From the NCBI RefSeq assembly GCF_044324875.1, contig NZ_CP172185.1: 64,000 nucleotides of DNA; one strand, 5' to 3'. Under the pieces are notes generated by a model. That model saw only the letters and a list, made by a program, of their open reading frames with translations. It was not told where the DNA came from and searched no databases. Positions within the stretch are counted from its first letter, which is position 1. Every line of letters begins with the position of its first letter. This DNA is from Escherichia coli. GTDB taxonomy: Bacteria; Pseudomonadota; Gammaproteobacteria; Enterobacterales; Enterobacteriaceae. This document shows positions 40,297-54,790 of this stretch, in pieces. The position numbers and the translations under genes were made by a program.

Positions 40297-40375
40297 TTTG
40301 TTTATAAATAAAATAATAAAATTCACGAAATGAATAAGTCCTGCAATTTAATATATATCGCAGGACTTATTTTAA

Positions 40376-41209
40376 TTAATTGCTCAAACGCTGCGGATGG
40401 GTATAAACCGTTGCCCGACCCGGTTTACAAAAGCCCACCAGCGTCAAATTACAGCGTTCAGCCACTTCTACAGCAAGTGTGGTCGCGGCAGACACCGCAA
40501 ACAAAATCTCTACGCCACACATCGCCGACTTTTGCACCATTTCATAACTGGCACGACTGGAAACCAGCACCGCACCTTGCTGCCAGCTTTCCCCTTCTTG
40601 TGACCGGCGGCCTAACAGTTTGTCCAGCGCCACATGGCGACCCACGTCTTCATGCCCGCCGACCAGTTCGCCAGATGGCAACATCCATGCAGCGGCGTGA
40701 GTACAACCAGTCAGTTGCCCCACTGGCTGGAAATCATTGAGATGACGTAATGCATCATCCAGTTTGTTGAGATCAAACGTCTGGGTGAACGGCAGCGGCT
40801 GCACCGGTTTCCCGATATCGTTAAGCTGTTCTACACCGCATACGCCACAGCCCGTACGTCCCGCCAGCGCCCGGCGGCGTTCCTTCAACCCCATAAAGCG
40901 GCGGCTGGAAAGCTCAATTTGAACTTCAAGACCATTACAGGAAGGAACGACATCCATGCCAAAGATATCGCGCGGACTTTCGATTATCCCCTCGGAAAGC
41001 GAAAAACCGAGCGCAAAGTACTCAAGGTCTTTGGGCGACGCCATCATCACCACATGCGAAATGCCGTTGTAGACCAGCGCAACGGGAACTTCTTCCGCGA
41101 CCTCATCTAACCGTGGGTGTTGTAAATCATCACGCCGCCATAACTCAATTTGACGAACACCTGTGATATTTGTCACATTTTCGATTTCTTTTTGCTGTGT
41201 TTTTTTCAC
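40376..41209 (-). CDS. fdhD: sulfurtransferase FdhD (formate dehydrogenase accessory protein)
   Basis: 277 aa, [28 protein letters not shown]... Confidence 0.9.
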
Positions 41210-41402
41210 TTTCTCTTAACCAGATAAGAACACACACACCAACATTATGGTATTCTGTTACAAACCCTTCCTGGATGGAGGGAAATTGAGCCAATTCTGG
41301 ACCTTTGCGGCCCCTTCCGCAAAGAAAAATAACTCCCACTCCCTGCACACGCAGCAAGCGAATGTAAATGGGACGTGACAATGTCGAAACAAGGAGCAAT
41401 CC

Positions 41403-44400
41403 ATGCAGGTCAGCAGAAGGCAGTTCTTTAAGATCTGCGCTGGCGGTATGGCAGGCACCACGGCGGCGGCACTGGGTTTTGCACCCAGCGTAGCACTCGC
41501 GGAAACCCGGCAGTATAAACTGCTGCGCACCCGCGAAACCCGTAATACCTGCACCTATTGTTCCGTAGGCTGTGGGCTGTTGATGTACAGCCTCGGTGAC
41601 GGAGCAAAAAACGCCAAAGCATCTATCTTCCATATCGAAGGCGATCCGGATCACCCGGTCAACCGCGGTGCACTTTGTCCGAAAGGCGCTGGCCTGGTGG
41701 ATTTCATCCACTCCGAAAGCCGTCTGAAGTTTCCGGAATACCGTGCGCCAGGTTCTGATAAATGGCAGCAAATCAGTTGGGAAGAGGCGTTTGATCGCAT
41801 CGCCAAACTGATGAAAGAAGACCGCGATGCTAACTACATTGCGCAAAACGCCGAAGGCGTGACAGTTAACCGCTGGCTCTCCACCGGGATGCTGTGTGCT
41901 TCCGCGTCGAGTAACGAAACCGGCTATTTAACGCAAAAATTCTCCCGCGCGCTGGGTATGCTCGCGGTCGACAACCAGGCGCGTGTCTGACACGGACCAA
42001 CGGTAGCAAGTCTTGCTCCAACATTTGGTCGCGGTGCGATGACCAACCACTGGGTCGACATCAAGAACGCCAACCTCGTCGTGGTGATGGGCGGTAACGC
42101 CGCTGAAGCTCACCCGGTCGGGTTCCGCTGGGCGATGGAAGCCAAAATTCACAACGGCGCGAAGCTGATTGTGATCGATCCTCGCTTTACGCGTACGGCG
42201 GCGGTGGCTGACTACTATGCCCCTATTCGTTCCGGTACTGACATTGCTTTCCTGTCAGGCGTATTGCTGTACCTGCTGAACAATGAAAAATTCAACCGCG
42301 AATACACCGAAGCCTATACCAACGCCAGCCTGATCGTGCGTGAGGATTACGGCTTTGAAGATGGCCTGTTCACCGGCTATGACGCGGAAAAACGCAAGTA
42401 CGATAAATCCTCCTGGACTTACGAACTGGACGAAAACGGCTTCGCCAAACGCGATACCACGCTGCAACATCCGCGCTGCGTGTGGAACTTGCTGAAACAG
42501 CACGTTTCCCGCTACACGCCAGATGTGGTTGAAAACATCTGTGGTACGCCAAAAGACGCGTTCCTGAAAGTCTGCGAATACATCGCAGAAACCAGTGCTC
42601 ACGATAAAACTGCCTCGTTCCTGTATGCCCTCGGCTGGACGCAACACTCCGTTGGTGCGCAAAACATTCGTACGATGGCGATGATCCAGCTGCTGCTCGG
42701 CAACATGGGGATGGCAGGCGGCGGCGTTAACGCCCTGCGCGGTCACTCCAATATTCAGGGGCTGACGGACCTGGGGCTGCTGTCGCAGAGCCTGCCAGGT
42801 TACATGACGCTGCCAAGCGAGAAGCAGACCGATCTGCAAACCTACCTTACCGCCAACACGCCAAAACCGCTGCTGGAAGGCCAGGTAAACTACTGGGGCA
42901 ACTACCCGAAATTCTTCGTCTCCATGATGAAGGCCTTCTTTGGTGATAAAGCGACGGCGGAAAATAGCTGGGGCTTTGACTGGTTGCCGAAGTGGGATAA
43001 AGGCTACGACGTCCTGCAATACTTCGAGATGATGAAAGAAGGCAAGGTCAATGGCTATATCTGCCAGGGCTTTAACCCTGTTGCCTCATTCCCGAACAAA
43101 AACAAAGTGATCAGTTGTCTGTCGAAACTGAAGTTCCTCGTCACTATCGACCCGCTGAACACTGAAACCTCTAACTTCTGGCAGAACCACGGTGAGCTGA
43201 ACGAAGTTGACTCGTCGAAGATCCAGACCGAAGTGTTCCGTCTGCCATCGACCTGCTTTGCGGAAGAGAACGGTTCTATCGTTAACTCCGGTCGCTGGTT
43301 GCAGTGGCACTGGAAAGGTGCGGACGCCCCAGGGATTGCGCTGACTGATGGCGAGATCCTCTCCGGTATCTTCCTGCGCTTGCGCAAGATGTATGCCGAA
43401 CAGGGTGGCGCGAACCCGGACCAGGTGCTGAACATGACCTGGAACTACGCTATCCCGCATGAGCCGAAGTCGGAAGAAGTAGCGATGGAGAGCAACGGTA
43501 AGGCGCTGGCCGATATTACCGATCCGGCAACCGGTGCGGTTATCGTCAAGAAAGGCCAACAACTTAGCTCGTTCGCCCAACTGCGCGATGACGGTACAAC
43601 CTCCTGTGGCTGCTGGATTTTCGCCGGTAGCTGGACGCCAGAAGGTAACCAGATGGCACGCCGTGATAACGCCGATCCGTCTGGCCTCGGTAACACGCTG
43701 GGCTGGGCATGGGCATGGCCGCTTAACCGCCGCATTCTGTATAACCGCGCCTCCGCAGATCCGCAGGGTAACCCGTGGGATCCGAAGCGTCAGTTGCTGA
43801 AATGGGACGGCACTAAGTGGACCGGCTGGGATATTCCGGACTACAGCGCAGCGCCTCCGGGTAGCGGCGTCGGGCCGTTTATCATGCAGCAGGAAGGCAT
43901 GGGGCGTCTGTTTGCCCTCGATAAGATGGCGGAAGGTCCGTTCCCGGAACACTACGAGCCGTTTGAAACGCCGCTGGGAACTAACCCGCTGCATCCAAAC
44001 GTTATCTCGAACCCGGCTGCACGTATCTTTAAAGACGACGCCGAAGCATTGGGTAAAGCCGATAAGTTCCCGTATGTCGGAACCACCTATCGTCTGACCG
44101 AGCACTTCCACTACTGGACCAAACACGCGCTGTTGAACGCGATTTTGCAACCAGAGCAGTTTGTGGAAATCGGGGAGTCGCTGGCGAATAAACTTGGCAT
44201 TGCCCAGGGCGATACCGTGAAAGTCTCCTCCAACCGTGGCTATATCAAAGCCAAAGCGGTGGTGACCAAACGTATTCGCACGCTGAAAGCGAACGGCAAA
44301 GATATCGATACCATCGGTATTCCGATTCACTGGGGCTATGAAGGTGTTGCGAAAAAAGGCTTTATTGCCAATACGTTAACGCCATTCGTTGGTGATGCGA

Positions 44401-44453
44401 ACACGCAGACGCCAGAGTTTAAGTCCTTCCTTGTGAATGTGGAAAAGGTGTAA
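41403..44453 (+). CDS. fdoG: formate dehydrogenase-O major subunit (selenoprotein; in-frame TGA at 41988-41990 read as Sec)
   Basis: ORFs 41403-41990 and 42039-44453 are in the same frame, separated by one TGA; Tat signal MQVSRRQFFKICAGG; Fe-S and molybdopterin motifs. Confidence 0.9.
41988..42040 (+). promoter_or_regulatory. selenocysteine codon plus putative SECIS hairpin region of fdoG
   Basis: The TGA is followed by structured sequence (cacggaccaacggtagcaagtcttgctccaac...); the element itself is inferred from the in-frame selenoprotein context. Confidence 0.45.
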
Positions 44454-44465
44454 CGGAGACGACAT

Positions 44466-45368
44466 ATGGCTTATCAATCTCAAGATATCATTCGTCGTTC
44501 CGCGACTAACGGTCTGACCCCCGCGCCTCAGGCGCGGGACTTCCAGGAAGAAGTGGCGAAACTCATCGACGTCACCACCTGTATCGGCTGTAAAGCCTGT
44601 CAGGTGGCGTGTTCAGAGTGGAACGACATTCGCGATACCGTCGGCAATAACATTGGGGTGTACGACAACCCCAATGATTTAAGTGCCAAATCGTGGACGG
44701 TAATGCGCTTCTCGGAAGTGGAGCAGAACGACAAACTGGAATGGCTGATCCGCAAAGACGGCTGTATGCACTGTTCCGATCCAGGCTGCCTGAAAGCGTG
44801 CCCGGCGGAAGGAGCAATTATTCAGTATGCCAACGGTATCGTCGACTTCCAGTCCGAGCAGTGCATCGGCTGCGGTTATTGCATTGCGGGCTGTCCGTTC
44901 GACATTCCGCGCCTCAACCCGGAAGACAACCGCGTCTACAAATGTACGCTGTGCGTTGACCGCGTGGTGGTTGGGCAAGAACCGGCCTGCGTGAAGACCT
45001 GCCCAACGGGCGCGATTCACTTCGGTACGAAAGAGTCGATGAAAACGCTGGCGAGCGAGCGCGTGGCGGAGCTGAAAACTCGCGGTTACGACAATGCGGG
45101 TCTGTACGATCCGGCAGGCGTTGGTGGTACACACGTTATGTACGTGCTGCACCATGCTGACAAGCCAAATCTGTATCATGGCTTGCCGGAGAACCCGGAA
45201 ATCAGCGAAACCGTGAAATTCTGGAAAGGCATCTGGAAACCGCTCGCGGCTGTTGGCTTTGCGGCTACCTTTGCGGCCAGTATCTTCCACTACGTGGGTG
45301 TCGGTCCGAACCGTGCGGATGAGGAAGAGAATAATCTGCACGAAGAGAAAGACGAGGAGCGCAAATGA
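44466..45368 (+). CDS. fdoH: formate dehydrogenase-O iron-sulfur subunit
   Basis: 300 aa; multiple CxxCxxCxxxCP ferredoxin motifs. Confidence 0.95.
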
Positions 45369-46000
45369 AACGACGTGACACCATCGTGCGCTACACCGCG
45401 CCGGAACGTATCAACCACTGGATCACCGCCTTCTGCTTCATCCTGGCGGCGGTGAGCGGGCTGGGCTTTTTGTTCCCGTCCTTCAACTGGTTGATGCAAA
45501 TCATGGGCACACCGCAGCTGGCGCGAATTCTGCACCCGTTTGTCGGCGTGGTTATGTTTGCCTCGTTCATCATCATGTTTTTCCGTTACTGGCATCACAA
45601 CCTAATCAATCGGGATGATATCTTTTGGGCGAAGAATATTCGTAAGATCGTCGTCAACGAGGAAGTAGGTGACACCGGGCGTTATAACTTCGGTCAGAAA
45701 TGCGTTTTCTGGGCGGCGATTATTTTCCTGGTTCTGCTGCTGGTGAGCGGCGTGATTATCTGGCGTCCTTATTTTGCGCCTGCTTTCTCAATCCCGGTGA
45801 TCCGATTCGCGTTAATGCTGCATTCATTTGCCGCAGTGGCGTTAATTGTGGTTATCATGGTGCATATCTACGCCGCCCTTTGGGTGAAAGGCACGATTAC
45901 CGCCATGGTGGAAGGATGGGTTACCAGCGCCTGGGCGAAGAAACATCACCCGCGCTGGTACCGTGAGGTCCGCAAGACAACGGAAAAGAAAGCTGAATGA
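45365..46000 (+). CDS. fdoI: formate dehydrogenase-O cytochrome b556 subunit
   Basis: 211 aa, 4 TM with His ligands. Confidence 0.95.
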
Positions 46001-46926
46001 GTATTCGCATAATCCCGCAAGATGAGCTGGGTTCGAGCGAGAAACGTACGGCGGATATGATTCCGCCGTTATTGTTCCCTCGGCTCAAGAATTTATACAA
46101 CCGCCGCGCCGAGCGTCTGCGCGAGCTGGCAGAAAATAATCCGCTGGGTGATTATCTGCGCTTTGCTGCGCTTATCGCCCACGCCCAGGAAGTGGTGCTG
46201 TACGACCATCCGCTGGAAATGGATTTGACCGCACGCATTAAAGAAGCCAGCGCACAAGGCAAGCCCCCGCTGGATATTCACGTTCTACCGCGTGATAAGC
46301 ACTGGCAAAAGCTGCTGATGGCGCTGATTGCTGAGCTGAAACCTGAAATGAGCGGCCCGGCGCTGGCAGTGATTGAGAATCTGGAGAAGGCATCGACCCA
46401 GGAGCTGGAAGATATGGCCAGCGCACTGTTTGCCTCTGATTTCTCGTCCGTCAGCAGTGATAAAGCGCCGTTTATCTGGGCTGCGCTGTCGCTCTACTGG
46501 GCGCAGATGGCTAATCTGATCCCCGGCAAAGCCCGCGCTGAATACGGCGAACAACGTCAATATTGCCCGGTATGTGGCTCTATGCCGGTGTCCAGCATGG
46601 TGCAAATTGGCACCACTCAGGGGCTGCGTTACCTGCACTGCAACCTGTGTGAAACCGAATGGCACGTAGTGCGCGTAAAATGCAGCAACTGCGAGCAGAG
46701 CGGCAAACTGCATTACTGGTCGCTGGATGACGAACAGGCCGCGATTAAAGCCGAAAGCTGCGATGACTGCGGCACTTACCTGAAGATTCTTTATCAGGAA
46801 AAAGAACCGAAAGTTGAAGCCGTGGCAGATGACCTCGCCTCTCTGGTTCTGGATGCGCGAATGGAGCAAGAAGGCTACGCCCGCAGTTCCATCAACCCGT
46901 TCCTGTTTCCGGGTGAAGGGGAGTAA
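45997..46926 (+). CDS. fdhE: formate dehydrogenase formation protein FdhE
   Basis: 309 aa; CPVCG...CNLCETEW...CSNCEQ...CDDCG zinc-ribbon motifs. Confidence 0.95.
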   Translation: MSIRIIPQDELGSSEKRTADMIPPLLFPRLKNLYNRRAERLRELAENNPLGDYLRFAALIAHAQEVVLYDHPLEMDLTARIKEASAQGKPPLDIHVLPRDKHWQKLLMALIAELKPEMSGPALAVIENLEKASTQELEDMASALFASDFSSVSSDKAPFIWAALSLYWAQMANLIPGKARAEYGEQRQYCPVCGSMPVSSMVQIGTTQGLRYLHCNLCETEWHVVRVKCSNCEQSGKLHYWSLDDEQAAIKAESCDDCGTYLKILYQEKEPKVEAVADDLASLVLDARMEQEGYARSSINPFLFPGEGE

Positions 46927-47108
46927 TCTCTGACGTTTTCCGGGTGGCGCTGGTCGCCCGGATTACTGTTGATAGGATGTGGTGACACCCTCTCTCGTAT
47001 TCCGCGTTACCCATTCAAGACCAAGCCATTAGTGCCTGTTTGGCCTCATTCTTCCCGCCAACACATCGATAAGGTTATTGGTATGTCACTGATGACAAGC
47101 GTAAGATT

Positions 47109-48119
<1,011 letters not shown>

Positions 48120-48203
48120 TGATTGGCATCCTGCCAGTCACTCCGGGAATTAACTCTTTTCACCACAGTCTCCATTGCCGTGTTTAAACCAGTGGAGACG
48201 TCA

Positions 48204-49769
48204 ATGTCCAGAAAGAGAAAATCCAGGAGCACTATGGAAACCTGTTTTAAGATCCTTCAGCTCAAGTTCGACAAGAAGCTGACTAACCGTTGTATCGGAC
48301 TGACGTTACACATCAGCGCCTCAACCGTTTTTGAGGTTCTTGCCCGCTTCAAAGCCTCTTCTCTGTCATGGCCATTACCTGCTGATATATCCCATGACAC
48401 GCTGGAGAAACTCATTTTTCCGCCCAAAGACACCTTTGCATCAGAGCTTGTAATGCCTGACATGTTGTACTTCGATACGGAAATGAGAAAACCAGGTGTG
48501 ACGCGGCAACTGTTGTGGATGGAATACAAGGCACAGGCGGGTAACAAAGCGATGGGATACTCGCACTTCTGCCGTTGCTACCGGGAGTGGAAAAAAACGC
48601 GACGTCTCTCCATGCGCCAGGAGCATCGTGCCGGCGAAAAGCTTTTTATCGACTTCTGTGGTCCTACGGTTCCTGTTATTAATCCGGACACCGGTGAGAT
48701 ACGCCGCGTGGCAATCTTCGTGGCCGTAATGGGGGCGTCCAACTATACCTACGTTGAAGCGTGCGAAGGTCAGGACATGATGTCATGGTTAAATGCCCAC
48801 AGCCGTTGCCTGACCTTCCTGGGCGGCGTACCGAAGCTGCTCATCCCCGATAACCTCAGAAGCGCAGTGAAAAAGGCCGATCGATATGAGCCTGTCATCA
48901 ACGACAGTTATCAGGCACTGGCTGAGCACTATGGCACGGTTATCATCCCGGCCCGACCACGCAAACCTAAAGATAAACCAAAAGCAGAAAACGGCGTCCT
49001 CATCGTTGAACGATGGCTTCTTGCCCGCATCCGTAATGAAACCTTCCACACGCTCAGGGCGCTGAATGCGCGCCTTAGGGAGTTACTGACAGACATGAAT
49101 AACCGGCCAATGAAGGGGTACGGCAATCAAACCCGTGCAGAACGCTTCCGCATACTGGATGCGCCAGCACTCTCTCCGCTGCCTCTGGCACCTTATGAAT
49201 ACACGGAATACAAAGCTGTGAAGGTTGGCCCTGACTACCACGTTGAATATGCCCGTCACTGGTACTCCGTTCCACACGAACTGGTCGGTCAGCGTCTGTC
49301 ACTGAAGGCGGGGCAGTCGGTGGTACAGCTCTGGCACAAGGGGCAGTGTGTGGCGCAACATCCGCGCAGCACACATGAATATAAACACACAACCAATCCG
49401 CTTCACATGCCAGAGCGCCACCGGCAGCACGGGACATGGACACCGGAACGCCTGATCGAGCAGGGAAAACGTACGGGCCCGTCCACAGGCCGGGTGGTTG
49501 AATCCATGCTGAAGGCAAAACCCCATCCGGAACTGGCTTATCGTGCAGTTCTGGGGCTGCTGGCACTTCAGAAAAAATACGGCCCGGAACGGCTGGAAAA
49601 GGCCTGTTACGTTGCCCTGCACTATAACGCCCCTGACAGACGCTTTATCGACAATCTGCTGCGTCACCATCGGGAGAACCTGGAGCTTCCATTATCCCGC
49701 CAGGGCGAACAACATCCGGCATATGCTTCAGAGCATGAAAACCTGCGTGGTCCGGGCTACTACCACTGA
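48204..49769 (+). CDS. istA: IS21-family transposase IstA
   Basis: ORF 48123-49769; ATG at 48204 with SD ggagacg; N-terminal HTH and DDE integrase-like core. Confidence 0.8.
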   Translation: MSRKRKSRSTMETCFKILQLKFDKKLTNRCIGLTLHISASTVFEVLARFKASSLSWPLPADISHDTLEKLIFPPKDTFASELVMPDMLYFDTEMRKPGVTRQLLWMEYKAQAGNKAMGYSHFCRCYREWKKTRRLSMRQEHRAGEKLFIDFCGPTVPVINPDTGEIRRVAIFVAVMGASNYTYVEACEGQDMMSWLNAHSRCLTFLGGVPKLLIPDNLRSAVKKADRYEPVINDSYQALAEHYGTVIIPARPRKPKDKPKAENGVLIVERWLLARIRNETFHTLRALNARLRELLTDMNNRPMKGYGNQTRAERFRILDAPALSPLPLAPYEYTEYKAVKVGPDYHVEYARHWYSVPHELVGQRLSLKAGQSVVQLWHKGQCVAQHPRSTHEYKHTTNPLHMPERHRQHGTWTPERLIEQGKRTGPSTGRVVESMLKAKPHPELAYRAVLGLLALQKKYGPERLEKACYVALHYNAPDRRFIDNLLRHHRENLELPLSRQGEQHPAYASEHENLRGPGYYH

Positions 49770-49785
49770 CAGAAGGAACAACAGT

Positions 49786-51062
<1,277 letters not shown>

Positions 51063-51168
51063 CAATAAACTGCAATATGTTGAATTTGCAGGACTTTGTA
51101 GGCCGGATAAGGCGTTCTGAACTGCACCCCAAATGTTGGACATAATCTGACATCTGAAGGTGCAGTTT

Positions 51169-51666
51169 ATGAAACATTCATTTGAAGTAAAACTTGCCGC
51201 TGTAAATCACTACCTGGCTGGTCATGCAGGCATCATTTCTACGGCAAAACTCTTTCAACTTTCTCACACCAGCCTCTCACACTGGATTAATCTTTTTCTT
51301 CTTCACGGTCCTCGGGCACTGGATTGCAGACACAAGCGTAGCTATTCTCCTGAAGATAAACTTTGCGTGGTTCTTTATGCTCTCGGGCATTCTGAGTCTC
51401 TACCCCGGGTAGCTGCCCGGTTTAACATTCCCAGCCACAACACGGTTAAAAACTGGATAAAAGGCTACCGCAAATCTGGTAATGAGGCCTTTATCAGGCG
51501 CTGGAAGGAGAAAAGCATGACCCGTTCTGATGATACCCATGAAAACGAGGCAAACATGACGCCGGAAGAGATGAAGAATGAGCTGCGTTATCTTCGCGCA
51601 GAAAATGCATATCTGAAAGCCATGCAGGAGCATCTCCTGGAAAAAAAGCGCCAGGAGCTGGAGAAA

Positions 51667-51690
<24 letters not shown>
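51169..51690 (+). CDS. IS3-family transposase OrfA (HTH, leucine zipper)
   Basis: ORF 51160-51690; MKHSFEVKLAAVNHY...; A-rich slippery motif (gagaaaaaac) near the 3' end. Confidence 0.8.
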
Positions 51691-52549
<859 letters not shown>

Positions 52550-52650
52550 GTTCACGCCGCATCCGGCATGAACAACACGCACGTTGTCAGCAAATGGCGA
52601 AAAAAGTCCCCTTGTTGAATCTTTAAAGAAAGTGTATTTACGCATCACTT

Positions 52651-52700
52651 TTTATTTTTGCGAGGCGTTTTTCAGATATGAAGTAACAGTTGCAGTTATT
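52651..52700 (+). repeat. intergenic repeat motif, copy 1 (tttatttttgcgaggcgtttttcagat ... acagttgcagttatt)
   Basis: One of three copies of a ~27 bp core; copies 1 and 2 also share a downstream acagttgcagttatt block. Confidence 0.55.
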
Positions 52701-52786
52701 ATAAGTTCAAGTAAAACAGCCTCGTATTAATTCCAGAATAAGGGCATCTGGCTTTTTATTTAATATTCAAGAATGAAAAGTTTTTG

Positions 52787-52999
52787 TCATTCCTTATGCT
52801 CATGACACTCATCATCAACACCTGCTACCTCATCCCTTTGCCTACCGCCTTTTACCTTACGCACCGGAAATTGCTGCCGCTCCAGATATTGCTCCACCGC
52901 TTCGCGTAAAATTGCAGATCGTGAAACCTTACGCCAGCCCCGAAGCTTGTTCAGCCGTTTAATTGCCTCGTCTGATAAATGAAGAAAAACCGTACTCAT
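52787..52999 (-). CDS. small ribbon-helix-helix (CopG-like) protein, yiiE/yiiF family
   Basis: ORF 52787-53035; MSTVFLHLSDEAIKRLNKLRGWRKVSRSAILREAVEQYLERQ from the internal ATG; which of yiiE or yiiF it is cannot be decided from memory. Confidence 0.65.
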   Translation of the reverse strand: MSTVFLHLSDEAIKRLNKLRGWRKVSRSAILREAVEQYLERQQFPVRKVKGGRQRDEVAGVDDECHEHKE

Positions 53000-53094
53000 C
53001 ACCATCGCCACCCCCTCACATATATCTCTCGTCAATGCATGGTGCGAAAATTACGCCGAAAATTTAATTAATAAAAGCTGATTTTTGCATCTTG

Positions 53095-53146
53095 TTTTAT
53101 TTTTGCGAGACGTTTTCCAGAAATAATGCAACAGTTGCAGTTATTT
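53095..53146 (+). repeat. intergenic repeat motif, copy 2
   Basis: ttttatttttgcgagacgttttccagaaat ... caacagttgcagttatt; lies between the divergent yiiE/F-like gene and the 156-aa ORF. Confidence 0.55.
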
Positions 53147-53253
53147 CAATTAATATTAAAAAACGGTTCAGCTATCATCCGGGATGATTTACTATTCTTC
53201 ATCAGGTGCTGGCGCACCCACAGGAAAGAAACGATAAACAATAAGGATGAGTT

Positions 53254-53724
53254 ATGGATGCTGATAATATATTATATTCAGGAATGTTTATTTTTTTGAT
53301 CGGTTTTGCATGGATCTTCGGTTGCATCATCCGCATGGTGTACCCGAAAAAAGTCAGCGTCTTTACCGCTCCAGGCTTTAGCGGCGCTGTTACCCTGCCA
53401 AAAGCAGGTGACTATGCGGTGACAATTACACTCCCGCTCAAAAGCGGTATTGCGTCATATCTCCCTGGCGCGAGCTTTTATTCAGCACAGTTTACCATTA
53501 CCGCCTCTGAGAGCCAGCAAGCAATAGCACTACAACGTAAAGGAAAGTGGGGAGCTAATTCTTATAACAAGGATTTTATCGGTAATAAAAGCCATATTAT
53601 TGGGGTATTTAATTGCCCTCAAGCCACGGAGAATTACGACATAGTTTGCACTAATCCACAGATTATTCACGACACCTATAAAGTGGAAATCATAAACTAT
53701 ATCTCTCTCTCGGAAAAAGAATGA
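53254..53724 (+). CDS. hypothetical membrane-anchored protein (156 aa)
   Basis: SD aaggatgag; one N-terminal hydrophobic helix (MFIFLIGFAWIFGCII) then a ~120-aa Ser/Thr/Ala-rich domain; AT-rich. Confidence 0.55.
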   Translation: MDADNILYSGMFIFLIGFAWIFGCIIRMVYPKKVSVFTAPGFSGAVTLPKAGDYAVTITLPLKSGIASYLPGASFYSAQFTITASESQQAIALQRKGKWGANSYNKDFIGNKSHIIGVFNCPQATENYDIVCTNPQIIHDTYKVEIINYISLSEKE

Positions 53725-53832
53725 TGCAAACCATCCCCGGTTGGATCCTTGTTTTTATTGCGGTGGGGTTAATTATTATTCCGCAAGTAAGTTAATGGCA
53801 GAGATTACTGCACTGCATCCATCGCAGACCGG

Positions 53833-54141
53833 TCAGTGCTGCCACCAACCGGTCTTTACTTGGTAGTAGTAGTAATTTTGCGGATAACAGTCCGGGAACC
53901 AGACAATTCCTTGTGGATCATCCCCCTTCATCACCCGATAGCATTGGCGTCGATCATCGGCGCGGCGACGAAGAGTAGTATAAAGCCGTTTCCACTCATG
54001 ATCGCCCGGTGTACTGTAGTTTACCCAACACTCCATTGAAGGGTGACGCCATTTACCTGTCAGTGTTGGGATCCCTGAATGATTATGCAGCTTCGCTTTA
54101 CCATTACGATCCCTATCTTTACGCGTATTAAGCGTGGACAT
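53833..54141 (-). CDS. hypothetical protein (102 aa, Trp/Tyr/Cys-rich)
   Basis: Good SD (aggag) 8 nt upstream of the ATG at 54141; no recognisable family. Confidence 0.45.
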   Translation of the reverse strand: MSTLNTRKDRDRNGKAKLHNHSGIPTLTGKWRHPSMECWVNYSTPGDHEWKRLYTTLRRRADDRRQCYRVMKGDDPQGIVWFPDCYPQNYYYYQVKTGWWQH

Positions 54142-54202
54142 TTTTAGTCTCCTGTTAAGAGTTCTAAAAATGTGCTTCCTTAAAATAGTTCATCATTTTC
54201 CC

Positions 54203-54415
54203 TTAATTCGCATAGCGTGCTTTTGCTCGAATTTCCGATACGCGGGGACCATTATGATAGCGTCGATGCCCACACATCCAACAAGAACAAATACAGGGAG
54301 TACGAAAGCAAATACCTGATGCTTTTTTGCTTCCATCGCCTGCAGTGCGATAACGGCAGCGGATTTTTTTTAATCGCGCCATATGATGGCGACGTTCAGC
54401 ACGATTACGGGTCAT
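54203..54415 (-). CDS. hypothetical small basic Cys-rich protein (70 aa)
   Basis: ATG at 54415 preceded by an aggag SD lying inside the hairpin repeat; Cys-rich C..C.C.C....C.H cluster; uncertain (+ strand ORFs overlap). Confidence 0.35.
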   Translation of the reverse strand: MTRNRAERRHHMARLKKIRCRYRTAGDGSKKASGICFRTPCICSCWMCGHRRYHNGPRVSEIRAKARYAN

Positions 54416-54420
54416 AGTAA

Positions 54421-54525
54421 AACTCCTGAGCAGGCGGCACTATGCCGCTTTCATAGGAGTTCTGAATGCTGGTGCTTTCTGTATGGCATAACCATGCCTC
54501 TAACGGTTAAGTGCCTGCAGCACAT
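54421..54525. repeat. ~105 bp hairpin-containing repeat, copy A (overlaps the 3' end of the higA-like gene)
   Basis: ~90% identical to copy B at 56238-56342; contains an imperfect long hairpin. Confidence 0.6.
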
Positions 54526-54790
54526 GTTGCGGATCATTGGCAATCGCTCGCAGCAAAGCCTTTGCAGGCCCAGTCGGTGAACGTCGCCCCTGCTCCCAGT
54601 TACGCAACGTGTCTACGCTTACGGAAATAAGTTCGGCAAATTTAGATTGTGACAACCCTGAAGCGCGGCGTATTTCTTTGATTTTCATAGCATCAACTTC
54701 AAAAGTCCGTGAAGGGTGTCGCGTTCCTTCAATAATTTCATTCATCTGGGCCATGCTGTGAGTCAACCGCTCAAAAAGTGCCTTATCCAT
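54500..54790 (-). CDS. XRE-family HTH antitoxin (HigA-like)
   Basis: 96 aa; C-terminal HTH (IRRASGLSQSKFAELISVSVDTLRNWEQGRRSP); start codon abuts the upstream toxin stop. Confidence 0.75.
   Translation of the reverse strand: MDKALFERLTHSMAQMNEIIEGTRHPSRTFEVDAMKIKEIRRASGLSQSKFAELISVSVDTLRNWEQGRRSPTGPAKALLRAIANDPQHVLQALNR

Noticed and set aside
43086-44330. 414-aa ORF antisense to fdoG, plus smaller antisense ORFs in 42255-43735
   Set aside because: Long open antisense frames are expected inside a 3-kb GC-rich gene; no SD or independent signal.
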